A DNA stretch of 64,000 bases from the NCBI RefSeq assembly GCF_009914755.1, contig NC_060931.1; one strand, given 5' to 3'. Under the pieces are notes generated by a model that was given only the letters and a program-made list of their open reading frames with translations, was not told the DNA's origin and searched no databases. The position numbers were made by a program, and so were the translations under genes. Every line of letters begins with the position of its first letter. Within the stretch, counting starts at the first letter, position 1. The DNA is from the human T2T-CHM13v2.0 reference genome, Homo sapiens. Below, piece after piece: positions 27,735-41,599 of this stretch.

Positions 27735-30700
27735 CTTTTTTTATTTATTTACTTATTTTCAACGTTTATTTCAGAGTCAGGAGGCACATGTGTTAAGTTT
27801 GTTACCTGGGTGTATTGTGTGATGCTGAGGTTTGGGGTATGAATTATCCTGTCACCTAGGTACTGAGCATAGTGCCAAACAGTTTTTCAACCTTGCCCGC
27901 TCCCTTCCTCCCCACCTTTTAGTAGTCCTCAGTGTCTATTCTGGCCATCTTTATGTTTACGAGCACCTGAAGTTTAGCTCCCCCTTGTAATTGAGAACAT
28001 GTGATATTTTATTCTTTTGTTTCTGCATTAGTTTACTTAAGATAATGTCCTCCAGCTGCATCCGTGTTGCTCCAAAGGATATGATTTCATTCTTTTTATG
28101 GCTGTGTAGTATTCCATGGTGTATATGTACCATATTTTCTTTATGCGATCCATTGTTGATGGGTACCTAGGTTAATTTCATTCATTTGCTGTTGGGAATA
28201 GCGCTGTAATGAATAGGCAAGTGCATGTCTTTTTGGTAGAACAGTTTGTTTTCTTTTGGATATATACCCAGTAATGGGATAGCTGGGTCAAATGGTAGTT
28301 TCTGTTCTCAGCTCTTTGAGAAATCTCCAGACTCCTTGCTATAGTGGCTGAACTAATTTGTATTCCCACCCCAACAGTGTAAATATATTCCCTTTTCTCC
28401 ACAGCCCAACCAACATCTGTTGTTTGTTGACTTTTTAGTAATAGCCATTCTGACTCATGTAATATGACATCTCATTGTGGTTTTGATTAGCATTTCTCTT
28501 ATAATTAGCAATGATGAGCATTTTTTGATATATTTGTTGGCCACTTGTATATCTTCTTTTGAGAGTGTCTATTCATGGGTTTTGCCCATTTTTTAATGGA
28601 GTTAGTTCTTTTTTCCTTGTTCAATTGTTTAAGTTCCATATAGATTCTGGACATTAGGCATTTGTTGGATGCATAGTTTGTGGATATTTTCTCCCTTTCT
28701 GCAGGGTATCTGTTTACTCTGTTGATAGTTTCTTTTTCTGTGCAGAAGCTCTTTAAAGGTTCTACTTGTCAATTTTTGTTTTTATTGTAATAGTTTTTGA
28801 GGACTTAGTCATAAATTATTTCCTGAGGCCCATGTCTAGAATGGTGTTTCTGAGGTTTTCTTCTAGGATTTTTATAGCTTGAGGTCTTACATTTAAATCT
28901 TTAATCTATCTTGAGTTAATTTTCATATATGGTGAAAGGTAGGGGTCTTGTTTCATTTTTCTGCATATGTCTAGCCAGCTATCCTGAGCATCATTTATTG
29001 AATGGGGAGTTCTTTCTGCATTGCCTACTTTTGTTGACTTTGTTGAAGATTAGATGTCTGTAGGTGTGAGGCTTTATTTCTGGGTTCTCTAATCTGATCT
29101 ATTGGCCTATGTGTCTGTTTTTGTACAAGTGCCATGGTGTTTTGGTTATTGTATCCTTATAGTATAGCTGGAAGTAGGGTAATGTGATGCTTCCAGCCTT
29201 GTTCTTTTTGCTCAGGGTTGCTTTGGCTATTCAGACTCCTTTTTGGTTCCATATGAATTTTAGAATAGTTTTTTTTTTTTTCTCTCATTCTGTGAAAAGT
29301 GACATTGGTAGTTTGATAGGAATAGCATTGATTCTGTAAATTGCTTTGGGCAGTATGGCCATTTTCATGATATTGATTCTTCTAATCCAAGAGCATGGAA
29401 AGTTTTTCCATTTTTTTGTGTACTCCATGATTTCTTTTAGCAGTGTTTTTAAATTCTCCTTGTAGAGATCTTTCACCTCCTTGGCTAGATGTATTCCTTG
29501 TTATTTAACTTTTCTGTGTGTGGCTATTGTAAATGGGACTGCATTCTTAATTTGGCTCTCACCTTGAATGTTATTGGTGTATAGAATTACTACTGACTGT
29601 TATATATTGATCTTGTATCCTGAAAGTTTGCTGAAGTCATTTATCAATTCCAGAATCCTTATGGCTGTCTTTAGAGTTTCCTAGGTATAGAAAAATATCA
29701 TCTCTGAAGGGATATAGTTTGACTTCCTTTTTTTCTATTTGCATGCTTTTAAATTCTTTCTCTTGACTGATTGCTCTGGCTAGCAATTTCAGTAGTATGT
29801 TAAATAGGAGTTGTGAGGATGGGTGTTCTTGTCTTCCAGTTCTCAAGTGAAATTCTTCCAGTTTTTGCCCATTCAGTATGATGTTGGCTGTGGGTTTGTC
29901 GTAGATATATGTTCCTTCAATGCCTAGTTTATCGAGGGTTTTTATCATGAAGTGATGTTGGATTTTATCAAAAGCTCTTTCTGCATCTATTGAGATGATC
30001 ATATGTTTTCTGTTTTTAGTTTATGTGGTTTTGTTCTGTTTTTGTGGTAAATCACATTCATTGATTTGCATATGTTGAACCAACCTCTCATCCCAAAAAT
30101 GAAGCTAACTTGAACATGGTGAATTAATTTTTTGATGTTTTTGATGTCAAATTCAGTGTGCTAGTATTTTGTTGAGGGTTTTTGCATCTATATTCATCAG
30201 GAATATTGCTCGGTAGTTTTCATTTTTTGTTTTGTCTCTGGAAGGTTTTGGTATCAGGGTGATGCTGGCTTCACAGGATGAGTTGGGGAGTAGTCTTTCC
30301 TCATCAATTCTTTGAAACAGTTTCAGTTAAACTGCACTAGCCCTTCTTTGTATGGCTAGTAGAATTTGGCTGTGAGTCCATCTGGTCTGGGGTCTTGGTT
30401 TTCTTTTTTCTTTTTTTTTTTTTTTTTTTTTTGATTGTTAGGTTTTCTTTTATTACTGATTTAATTCAGAACTTGATATTTGTATATTTAGTATTTTAAT
30501 TTTTTATTTGATCTTGGGAGATTCTATGTTTCCAGGAATTATTTATTTACTCCCTATTTTTTAGTTTGTATGTATACAGGTGTTCATTTTCATAATAGTC
30601 TCCAAAAATCATTTGTATTTCTGTGGGATCATTTGTAATGTCACTTTTGCCATTTCTGATTGTGCTGATATAGATCTCCTTTTCTTTGTTAATCTAGTAG

Positions 30701-31624
30701 CCATCTATTGATCTTGTTTATCGTTATAAGAGACCAACTTTTGGTTTCATTAATTCTTTGTATGGATTTTTGGGTCTTAATTTCATTCAGTTCCACTCTG
30801 AGTTTAGTTATTTATTTTCTTCTGTTAGCTTTGGAGTTAGTATGTTCTTGCTTTTCTAGTTCCTCTAGGTGTGATGTTAGATCATTAATTTGAGAACTTC
30901 TACCATTTTGAGGCAGGTATTTAGTGCTATAAACTTTTCTCCTAATACTGCTTGTTTTGTGTCAAGATATTTTGGTGTGTTGTGTCTCTATTTTCATTTA
31001 TTTCAAATAATTTTTGATTGCTTTCTTGATTTGTTTGCCCGAAAGTTATTCCACAAGTGGCTTCATTTCCATGTAATTGTGTGGTTTTGAGAGATCTTCT
31101 TTGTATTGATTTCTGTTTTTATTCCACTGAGGTCTGAGAGTATGATTGGTGTTATTTGGATTCTTTTAAATTTATTGAGACTTGCTTTATGACAGAGCAT
31201 GTGGTTGATCTTGGAGTATGTTTCATGTGCACCAGAGAAGAATGTATATTCTGTGGTTGATAGATGGAGAACTCTGTAGATGGCTATTAGTTTAAGTGTC
31301 AAGTGTCAAGTTTAAGTCCAGAATTTTGTTGTTAATTTTCTGCCTTGATGGTCTGTCTAATGCTGTCAGTATGACGTTGAAGTTCCCCGCTACATTGTGT
31401 GGCTTTCTAAGTCTTTTCAGAAGTCTAGAAGTACTTGTTTTAGGAATCTGGGTGCTTCTATGTAGAATGTGTATATACTTAGTATAGTTAAGTCATCTTG
31501 TTGAATTGAACCTTTATCATTATGTAATGTCATTCTTTATCCTTTTTTTTACTATTGTTGGTTTAAAGTCTGTTTAATTTGATATAAGGTTAGTGACCCC
31601 TGCTTTTTTTGTTTTTCATTTGCA
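27735..31624 (-). mobile_element. ~3.9 kb 5'-truncated L1 (L1PA16/L1PB-like) with disrupted ORF2
   Basis: Minus-strand ORF fragments translate to L1 ORF2 ([57 protein letters not shown]); the 3' end is on the left. Confidence 0.95.
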
Positions 31625-31950
31625 TAAAACACAGGATTAAAATACCTTCTAATCTTGGATTGACAATCTACCTTGAACTAAAAGATATGTACACCACCTG
31701 ATTTCCTCTTTCCTTATTCTTTATATCTGACTAAGCCATTTCCTTTGACATATTGTTTTATATTTTTGGATCCCTTACTGTTTATGTGACTTCACTTCAC
31801 TAGACTGCCCACTCTTCTGATGTTTTACCACAATCCAGTAGAATCTACTGTAATATTGAGAAGATATTTTAGATGCTCAGTTTCAACTAAACCAATTATG
31901 CCATCTAATATTGCTCTAGTTAAATTGTAGTTACCTTGCTCTTAATTTCA

Positions 31951-32249
31951 ATTATTATTATTATTTTGAGACAGAGTCTCACTCTGTCACCCAGACTGGA
32001 GTGCAGTGGTGCTATCTTGGCTCATGGCAACATCCACTTCCCAGGTTTAAGAGATTCTCCTGCCTCAGCCTCTTGAGTAGCTGGGATTACAGGTGCATGC
32101 CACCATGCCCAGGTAATTTTTGTATTTTTAATGGAGACGGGGTTTCACCATGTTGGCCAGGCTGGTCTCCAACTCCTGACCTCAGGTGATCTGCCTGGCT
32201 CAGCTTCCTGAAGTGCTGGGATTATAGGCATGAGCCACAGCACCTGGCT
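31951..32249 (-). mobile_element. AluSx-like element
   Basis: Full dimer with ctcaggtgatct, (ATT)n tail, and ttaatttc on both flanks. Confidence 0.95.
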
Positions 32250-35214
32250 TTTAATTTCTTTAAAAAGTAAGACCTTTTTTTTTTAAAAAAAATTAAAGTA
32301 TATGTGCTTATATATAATTGTATCCTAAAGATATTAAATATATTTCATTCATTTCAAAGATATATTCACATTAATAGAATGGATTGTATTAAACAGTGAG
32401 ATTTTGTCCAAGAAGATTGACAGCTTAGTTTTGTTATACGAAATTTTTGGAATTTTTTTCATAAACATTTATGAATAATGTTTAAAAAACTTGGAAGAAA
32501 AGTAATACACATGGCAACTTTCCTCTTTCCTTAATGACTTTCAAAACAAAAGAAAATGCTTATAAAAGGAAACACTTGTGGCCTAATTTTATTTTTTAAA
32601 ATTAAATTCTTATTACTTAAAAAAATTGGTATTATCTCATGAAAAGTCAGTAAGAGTCAGACAATCTAAGTATTTTTGTACATTTGTTTGTTTTTAATTC
32701 TAAATTATTTCCTAAAATGCTCATAGAGGGGTATTAATAAATGTTAATTAAATTGCTATAATTTTTACCTACTTTATTCATCATTGTCATCTGTTGCTGC
32801 TCTTGCAGCAGAATAAGGAAATTGGTATAAACCATTCGAAGTTCAGAAGTCCGTCTTGAATGCCTTTTAAAATGTTCATAATTCATCTAATAATTTATCT
32901 TCCAGTTATGATCAAAATTATATACAAATATTTGTTTACAGGACCTTTATTACACCCTTTAACATACAAAAAGATCATGCAAAATAAAAAAAATGCCCAC
33001 TAACAGAATTGTTAAATAAATTGTAGTATATCTATGCTGTGGCATAGTATATGCTTTTTAAATTCATATTTTCGAAGGCTATTAAATGGCATGCAAAAGT
33101 CTTGTAATATAATCTGAAACATTCACTATTGCAGGCTCTTTGTATAACGTGATTCTGGTTGTTGTGATTTGGTGATTTAAGCACTGTGCTTATGGCATTG
33201 TGTGTTTCAATACATTCAGAAGGAAATACATCAAATATTAAAAGAGATCATTGCTGGCTTGTGTTACTAAAAGTAATTAAAAATTTGTTATACTTTTCTA
33301 TATATTTTCCATTTTTACTGTAAATATGTATTATATTTTTGTTTGAAAGATGTTACAGAAAGAAAACTGTGGCGCTCAGTAAAGATAACAATGGACCCCA
33401 AAAGATCATCATTTCAAAGCACAATTTTTTGTTAGTCTCTGGAGGAATACAGCCTGTCAGTTAACGACTCCATAACTGAGAGACCATATCATCCCAGTCA
33501 AACAGAGGATGATGAAAGATACTCAGAAACCTCCACTGAGCTTATGCCAAACACAAAGGCTTTGTGTCAGCTCTGTTATGCTCAAGTTTAACAGCCTTGG
33601 TGGCAGCAAATATTTGGTTCATATAAAACAAGAATAAAGCTGATGTAGTAAAGTTTTAAACATCATAATGTGAAAAATAAGATAACCCTTTTGGGAGCAA
33701 TTGGCAATAATATCAAGAGCTTTAAAAAATGCTTATATTTCTGGGCTAATTTAACATCTGAGGGTAAGTCCTAAGGAAATAATTTCAAATATTGAGCAAA
33801 TTTTAGGTACGAATATGTTTAGACATTTTTTAAATGACAAAATATTAGGTGCTAAATATCTATTAGAAGAATAAATATAGGATATTTACTTGATAAACTG
33901 TTGTGGAGATATTAAAAATAAAATATTGAAAATTCTTAAAATATGTGTGGTGAACAAGCAGGATGTATCAATGAATCTACAGAAAGGATTTTAATAAGTT
34001 TGCATAAAGGGGCAATGGACAGAAAAAAGAATGAAATGAAATATGCCAAAATGATCAGTGTGGTTCTGTTCGGTGGTAGACCAATAGAGTTATTTGTTCC
34101 TTTATTTTTCTCTATATGCCTAATTTTCTTTTCTGACCATTCTTTCATAAGACAAAATAAACGTGACTAAAAAAAGACGGTGTTGGAAAATTTTTGTCTG
34201 TATAATTTTAAAATAAAAATGGGACACTTAAAGTAAGCTCTCAAATGGTCTATACCACCTTGACTATAACTCAGTTATTTTACTGGCTCCCCATCCATCA
34301 GTATCAAGGCAGATAGAGATCTGTCTCTAAAAAAGCCTCCATCTTTCAGAAGTCCACACCTGAATTTCACCCAAGAACCCTGAATCACCATTTGTCTGGG
34401 GGTGCTATGGACAGTGGTATGAGGAGGGATTGAAATAAAACTCTACTGAACAATAAAAAATTGTGTTTGAAAATAAGTTTTATTGATAATTTTTCACTAA
34501 ATTCTCACATGCAGGTATGGGGAAAAATCACCCCCATCCTTATATTAGAATCTCTGCATAAGAAGTACCAAGATGGGAAAGAGTGACCTGATGGGAACGT
34601 AGGGTTCTGCGAAGACAATGTGCAATTGCACTTTCCTTGTAGTGGGAAAGCCAAAGGAATTGTGAGAGCTGAGATAGAGAGTATTCAATTATTGTTTGTT
34701 TACTTTGCTGTGTAGTAAACCTCATCTATTTACTCAAATCTCCAGTAAAAGTCAGTTACAGACATAGCGTTATACCAGTGGCTGTTTTGGGGAATGAAAA
34801 AATCAGTATTCCTTGCAGTGGGAAGTGATTCAGGGAAGGAAAGGGACAACATATTTAGGTAGCAAGACAAACTGAGCTAAATAAGAGAAAAGAACTTGAA
34901 GCCAGTAATGACTAGGAGAGATGCAAGCCCCCAAGAATTTAAGGAGAGATTGGGAGAGATGTTTCCTCCCATTTGGTTGACAAAGCTAGTTTTATTTGTA
35001 TTTCAAAGGGCAAGATGATGCCAGGTGGCATTAATTTATGGTTGAAAAAGGCAGAATTTTTTATATGAACTCGGGAACTCAATAATGAATCCAGTGATGT
35101 TGCATAAAATCAGAATTACCAAGCTCCTTTGCCTTTGTCAATTTTTTCTTTTGCTTCTAACAGTTGGAAGAGGGTTCTAACATCTCAGATATAAGACAAT
35201 TTATTTTCTAAAGT

Positions 35215-35340
35215 TAATTCATTCACCTAAAAATATGTATACTGTCTACTATATGCCAGGCATTGTTACAGGCACTGGTGATACATTGACTAGTAAACAT
35301 ACTAAATGCCCTACCTTCATAAGACTTATATTACTCTAAA
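35215..35340 (-). mobile_element. L2 3' end fragment
   Basis: attcattca...ctactatatgccaggcattgtt..aggcactgg. Confidence 0.65.
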
Positions 35341-35725
35341 ATTAAAACCTCAAATTGAAAAAGTTAACACTGAAATATAAATAGAGAAATATAAATATAA
35401 ATGGACAAATTCATTACATTTAAGCACCCATTCAACTGCATCCTAGAAGAATAGTCATTTTTTGGTAACATTACAGATCTTTTACTAGGTCCAGAAAGAT
35501 AAGAACAATGTATTTATGTAGCTTAGAGGTATGTTGGATCCTTGCTACATTAATACTGAGAGTTTTAGACTTTTAGGGCCAAAATACAGCCCTATACATC
35601 CTTCTAGCCCAGTTAATCTGCAGAGTGACTGGATTGAGAATAGTTATCTAGCAAGAATTTATTCCACTGTCTGGCTTTAAAAAATGGAAATGGATGTGGG
35701 TAATAAATGAGCTGTGGAGTTAATG

Positions 35726-36070
35726 TGCTATGCTTTGAATATTTGTGTCCCCAGTAAAGTTCACCTGTTGAAGTCCTAATCCCCCAGGTAATAGTATTAG
35801 AAGGTAGGCCTTTGGGAGGTGATATAGTTTAGGAGGACTACTTAATGGATTGGTGACCTTAGAAAAGAGGCCCGAGAGAGACCTCTCAGCTCTTCCACTA
35901 TATAAAGACAAAAATAAGACACCAACTATGAACTAGGAAACAGGCCATTGCCAGACATCAAACCTATTGGCACCTTGATCTTGGACTTTCCAGGCTCTAG
36001 GACTGTCAGAAATAAACTTAGTTTGTTATACACTGTCCAGTTTATCATACCTTGTTATTTTAACTGAAAT
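35726..36070 (+). mobile_element. MaLR solo LTR (MLT1A/MST-like)
   Basis: tgctatg..ttgaatatttgtgtcccc...ggcctttgggaggtgat...ggcaccttgatcttggactttccag...agaaataaa. Confidence 0.85.
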
Positions 36071-37592
36071 GGAAGAAGAGAGCACAAATGCTTGTTAAAA
36101 TGAACCTCATGAAAATTTGAGATTTTTCCTTCAACATTACTGATTTTATTTATTCCTAAGCCAAAATGGCCAGACCATATGGTTAGAAGACTCTTGACAT
36201 CATGCTGAGGGTTGGCACTCCCTGAATCACTGCAGTGTACTTCAATAGCAACTGAAGTGAAACAAACATCACAAAAGCACACAGGCAAAATCCAGCAAAA
36301 TACCATAGGAATTGTCCTTTGTTATTACCATTTGGTCACAAATACTTAAATGTGGCTTTTATTAGGGACATGCTGTAGAACAGTAGTTTCTTGTGATACT
36401 TGTGGAAAAAGGATTCAATGGTCAAATGAATTTCATAAACGATTTATTTCCTGGAGGTTCTCAAAACCTAGTCAATCTAATAAAGTCCCTAAGACATCCA
36501 ACGTAAAGAAATCCCTTGGCCTTTGTTTACTCAAAGTTTTTCTAAAGTTTTTTTTTTTGAAAATGAACTAAGTTTTTATATTTTGGTTTTTTTGGTTTCT
36601 AGAAACATCTATTATCATCCCACAAATGTACTTTAAAAATGTTACTGTAATGTGTTTTAAATTTTAAATTTTGAGTGAAAATATAATTACATTAAGAAGA
36701 GAATTTACTTGAAGTTCATGAATGGTGCATTTAATCATATTTGGTAGGCATCAATAAACCTGAAAAATATTTTTGAAGTCTTTATGAATAGTTTTTTTTC
36801 ACTGAACGTCTAAACAATTTTAAAATAGCAAATAGTTTCCTAGGCCATACATAGATGATGGCAATTTGTTGCACAAATTTGCACCGGTAGATAATCGGAT
36901 TTTTATCACTCATTTCAAGCTGATTATGCTCTTCGAAGATGTTCTGCTTTTCCTCGACTTTGCATCCAAGGCACACATTAGCTGGGCAATTGCTTGCAGT
37001 TTTTGTTTTTCATTCTCTAGCTTTTAATGCCATTTGAAGATCCAAAAACGTTCAAGAAGCAGCAAAGCAAGAAAGTACTATCCTGCTAGCTAAAAGAAAA
37101 TAAAACCATTTTCAAGGTATGTTTACTCCTCCAATTTCATGGATGCTAAAATCCACGAATGGGCTCCATCTCAAGGCCATCTTGAGCAGAATCACACTGC
37201 TTTGCATCTAATGTTAGATTCCTCCACCTAGGAGTATTTTTCCTGGGAGAGTATTTCTTATTAAAGATGAGCAGCAGCATTTCCCAAGATGAGCAAAACT
37301 TTGTAATGGCTTGGTTTTTAGACATCTGATGGGATATGCTAATGCAACCAAAAGTGCCTCTGTGAAAGAATAACAGCATCCTATGAGCAAAATAAAACCT
37401 TGCTATGCCTTTTTACTTTTGCTGTTAATTAAAATTATCAGGCTAATGAATAGAATTCCTGTCCTGTATATAATTGTTATCTTTCCTTGTTAAAATATCA
37501 CTAAACACTTAAACACTATTTATATTTCATTTGTGAAGAGAGACCACTTATTCTAAAGCTCAGATAAGTGACTGGATTGTAAAGGAAATTAA

Positions 37593-37942
37593 TGTCAGGA
37601 CTCTGAGCCTAAGCTAAGCCTGATCATCTCCCCTGTGACCTGCACATACACATCCAGATGGCTGGTTCCTGCCTTAACTGATGACGCTGTCTTGTGAAAT
37701 TCCTTCTCCTGACTCATCCTGGCTCAAAAGCTCCCCCACTGAGTACCTTGTGACCCCCACTCCTGCCCACCAGAGAACAACCCCCCTTTTTCCTTTACCT
37801 ACCCAAATCCTATAAAACGGTCCCACCCCATCTCCCTTCGCTGACTCTTTTTGGACTCAGCCCACCTGCACCCAGGTGATTAAAAGCTTTATTGCTCACA
37901 CAAAGCCTGTTTGGTGGTCTCTTCACAAGGATGCGCGTGAAA
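37593..37942 (+). mobile_element. HERV-H solo LTR (LTR7 family), 350 bp, 5-bp TSD ATTAA
   Basis: tgtcagg.ctctgagcc.aagctaagcc...gcctgtttggtggtctcttcac...gtgaaa; TATA 37811-37817; ATTAAA 37879-37884; ATTAA at 37588-37592 and 37943-37947. Confidence 0.95.
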
Positions 37943-38129
37943 ATTAACATCAATAATATGCTTTGGTATCTTTAAAATTAATTCAATAAAAGAAGTTAGC
38001 TTCAAAGTAATATCCAACCAGCTTTTAGTTAAGTTATAATCCTATTAAATAGAAGACTTAAACTGAACTTCTTAGAGGTATCAGCTATCAAAATCAAGTA
38101 GAAATTAGTTAAATAAATAGCTATTAAAT

Positions 38130-38640
38130 TGACATATATTACTCATATTATGGGTTATGCACTCTGATAGATGTTAGGGAGATAGACAGCACAGTCATGG
38201 TCCCTTTCTTAAAGAGGTTACATTAGAGTAGAGAAAAACGTGCAACAGATATGCAATCATGCCATGCTCAGTGTTAGAGAGTAGGGAGGAAGTGGCAATT
38301 CACGAATGCTTCCAGAGGAAGTGAATCTGAATTGAGCTTTTATAAGTGACTGATAGTTAGACTTGGTGAGCTGAGGGGATTAGACATTCCAGGTAGAATG
38401 CACAGTATTTGCAATGGTACAGGGTGAAAAGGAGCTTGCTGAGTTCTGACATCTGGGATTAGTTAGAATAAAGTCAGAGTTAGTTTAGTTATATGCCGTG
38501 CTAAGGAGTTTATATTTTATCCTGTAGTCAATGAGGGTCATTGACACATCTTACTCAGGGATTTCAGAGATCAGACCTTATTCAAGCACATATTTATGAT
38601 TATGATGGGCAGCATTCAAAATATCAGATTGTAGTGGTGG
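38130..38640 (-). mobile_element. Degraded L2
   Basis: catggtccct...gcttccagaggaagtga...gacattccaggtaga...ctaaggagttt...ttttatcctgtag. Confidence 0.6.
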
Positions 38641-39786
38641 TGGTGTCGTGTGCATGTGTGTGCGAGAGAGGAGAGAGACCAAGAACTCAGCTATGGAAAG
38701 ATTTATAGGGCTCAGTTGTTTAGCAGTGGTGGTGGCAGAGAGTGGCGGTTGGGGTGTGAAGGGCACCCTACACTGCTGGCAGGTCAAAGTAAAATTCCTT
38801 TTTGTGATTAGGAATAATTCACCATATGGAGCCAAAGGTAAGAGTTCTTCTCTTGTTCAAGGAAATAGTGATTTTTCTTCTGATGAAACCAGAAGGGGAA
38901 TACTTCTGGGTTTCAGGTTTTAGGCTGGATGGTAAAGATGTCTCTTTTCCTGATCCTGTGACTCTGTCTTCCTTAATAAGATTAATTTACTTCATCAATC
39001 TTTTATCTCCTTTATGTCTGAAAGAAATTTTTTCATAATGTAAAGTACAATTTTCCAAAGTAAAAGCTACAGCTGATTATAAAATCCAAACTAAATCTGC
39101 ATTGTGCTGAGAGTGTATCAGCTTCATCAAATGCTCAGACATTTATCCACAATTCAACCTTCATAGAGCTATCAGTTTCTTTCCTTTTAAAACAAGTTTG
39201 TGAATTATATATATATATTTTGTATATATATTTATTTATATATGTAAAATCTTTAGTGACCCTTCATTTCATATATGATGCAACATCATTTCCTGACATG
39301 TGAGAGTAGTTTATTTTTCAAAAATAATTAACACTATTTGAGCCCCAACTTTTCTTAGTACCTGCCATGATTTTTTTAATACAAAGGGTCCTTTAGAGAT
39401 AAGCAAATTAACCCAGTCTACTAAGTTAAGAGTAAAGGAGATTGAGTGTGTGTGTGTGTGTTTTCTTCTTTTGGAAAGGTAAGGAGCCGGTCATTAAATT
39501 CAAGGGTAGGAAGATAGGCTAGGCATTATAAAGCTACAAGAATCAGGAATTGAAAAGTCTTTGTGCTTTTTCTTTCTCCAGGTCTGCCCTGCTATAATCT
39601 CTTAACCCTATTCCTCTCTATATGCCTGTTTTAATTCTCTTCTGTAAAGTCTGGTTCTGTTTAGATATAAACTGAAGGTCTTAGTCACAGATTTATACAA
39701 GCTTTCCAGTAAAGACCACAAATAACAATCCTACTACTGGCTAGCTACTTACAGGGAAAGAAGACATTATATAAAATAGATACTTG

Positions 39787-40272
39787 AACATGTATGTTTG
39801 TTGCATCACAATTCACAATTGCAAAGATACAGAATCAGCGTTAAGTGTCCATCAACTGATAAGTGAATAAAGAAAATGTGGTATCTATATACCATGGAAT
39901 ACTATCCAGCCATTAAAAATAAAAAAGTAAGTATTTTGCAGTAACTTGGATGAGACTGAAGGCTATTACTCTAAGTGAAGTAACTCAGAAGCAAAAAACC
40001 AAATACCACATATTCTCACTTATAAATGGGAGCTAAGCTATGGGTGTGCAAAGGCATTCAGAGTGGTATAATGGATATTGGAGACTCAGAAGGGGGAAGA
40101 TGAGAGGCAGATGATGAAAAACCACCTAGTGGGTAAAATGTGTACTATTCAGGTGCTGGGTACACTGAAACTCCAGACTTCACCACTACACAATTCATCC
40201 ATGTTACCAAAAACCTCTTGTACCCCTAAAGCAATTAAAGTGTAAAAAATAAAATTAAAAAAGAAAAAAAAA
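39787..40272 (+). mobile_element. L1PB 3' end
   Basis: cacaattcacaattgcaaagat...cagacttcaccactacacaattcatccatg...gtacccctaaagc, followed by an A tail. Confidence 0.9.
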
Positions 40273-41599
40273 GCAAATACCTAATGGCTCCAACACAATT
40301 CCAAAATGACAGGAAAGAAATCCTAATTGGCTCATCTTAGGCCACATATTAGCCCATTTCAGTGGGTTAAAAGCAGGGGGCTAGGTAGCTTGGGCCAGTG
40401 CCCACTCGCTGGGGATGTAGAGAGGAATAGAGAGATGCTCCAAGGAGGAAATCTGGGGGCAGGAAGAAAAAATTGGCACTCTGAATCACCAGCTGAGCCA
40501 TATTCCTGAATCTGCTGCTACTCTCCCACTTCTTTTCCTCAGAGCATCTCACAAATTTCAACTTAACCTAAGTTCTAACTCTTTAATTTAGATGCTAATG
40601 AGCAGTGAAATGACCCAACTATGGACATGAATAAAGAAAAGGTAGAATGAAGGTCTAAGGGGAAACTCATGAAAAAGATAATGAAACCTTGAATAATCTA
40701 GCATTACCTGGCATACGTGTGACCTACTGTCTGTGGGGCAAGAGGACTCACTTGTCTTCCTAAACTAGTGGTATGGTTACAAGGACCTGAATTTTCTCCT
40801 GCCAATGTAGCACAAGCTGAATTAGTTCTATGAATCTTTCCTGGAAACTGCTTGGTACTTAACCTCTCCTCACCTTCTGCTAGCAATTCTGAAGTGGGTA
40901 TTTGTCTTGTTTCTATTTGTGCTGTTTTAGTCCTCTCTTTTCAGAAACTGCACCCTTAGTACATTACTTTGCTTCCTTAATAATGAGAATATCAATGTCC
41001 CTAGAAGCAAAACACGTAAATTTAACCCTTCTTGCCTTTTTTGTGTGGAAAAAAAGCTTTCTGGAGTTTTTTTCTCCACTTTAGTGTGTGTGTAAGGATG
41101 AGCGTTGATAGTTGCAGGAACATATTGTCTTCCCTGTGGGTGATCCAGGATTATAACTAGGGGCGAAGGATAATGGTCTTCTTGTCCACACGGCTTCTAG
41201 CTTTGGGTGAAGTAGCAGTAGAGCTGATGGGAAGGCACTACCATTCTGATGTTGGAGTAATGGCTCAGCAATGGAAATATTCAAACTAGCTTTCAAAGGA
41301 TTTATATAATTATGGTTTGACATATGGCCTCATCTCAGGAGCTATCTTCCCTAAATGATGCCCCCTCCGTTGAACATCTGTTTTGGTTTGAAACTGGCAG
41401 AAAAATAAAAAAACACCAAAAATTTAAAAAAAGACCATTTACAAAATTAAACCTATGTTTTTTCAAGCCCTTGATGCCAAGGTTTCCACAGAGGTATGAC
41501 TAAAGCACAGATGAATACCAGAATAAGGCTCAGTGGCCCATTCCCTTTGAACTAAAACAGTTTCATAATCTTGAGTGATTTATAATCTATATGGAAGGT

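Noticed and set aside
28178-31302. Reverse transcriptase/endonuclease-like ORF fragments (also 43645-45401 and 58036-58365)
   Set aside because: Broken L1 ORF2 remnants; not a functional gene or a novel RT system
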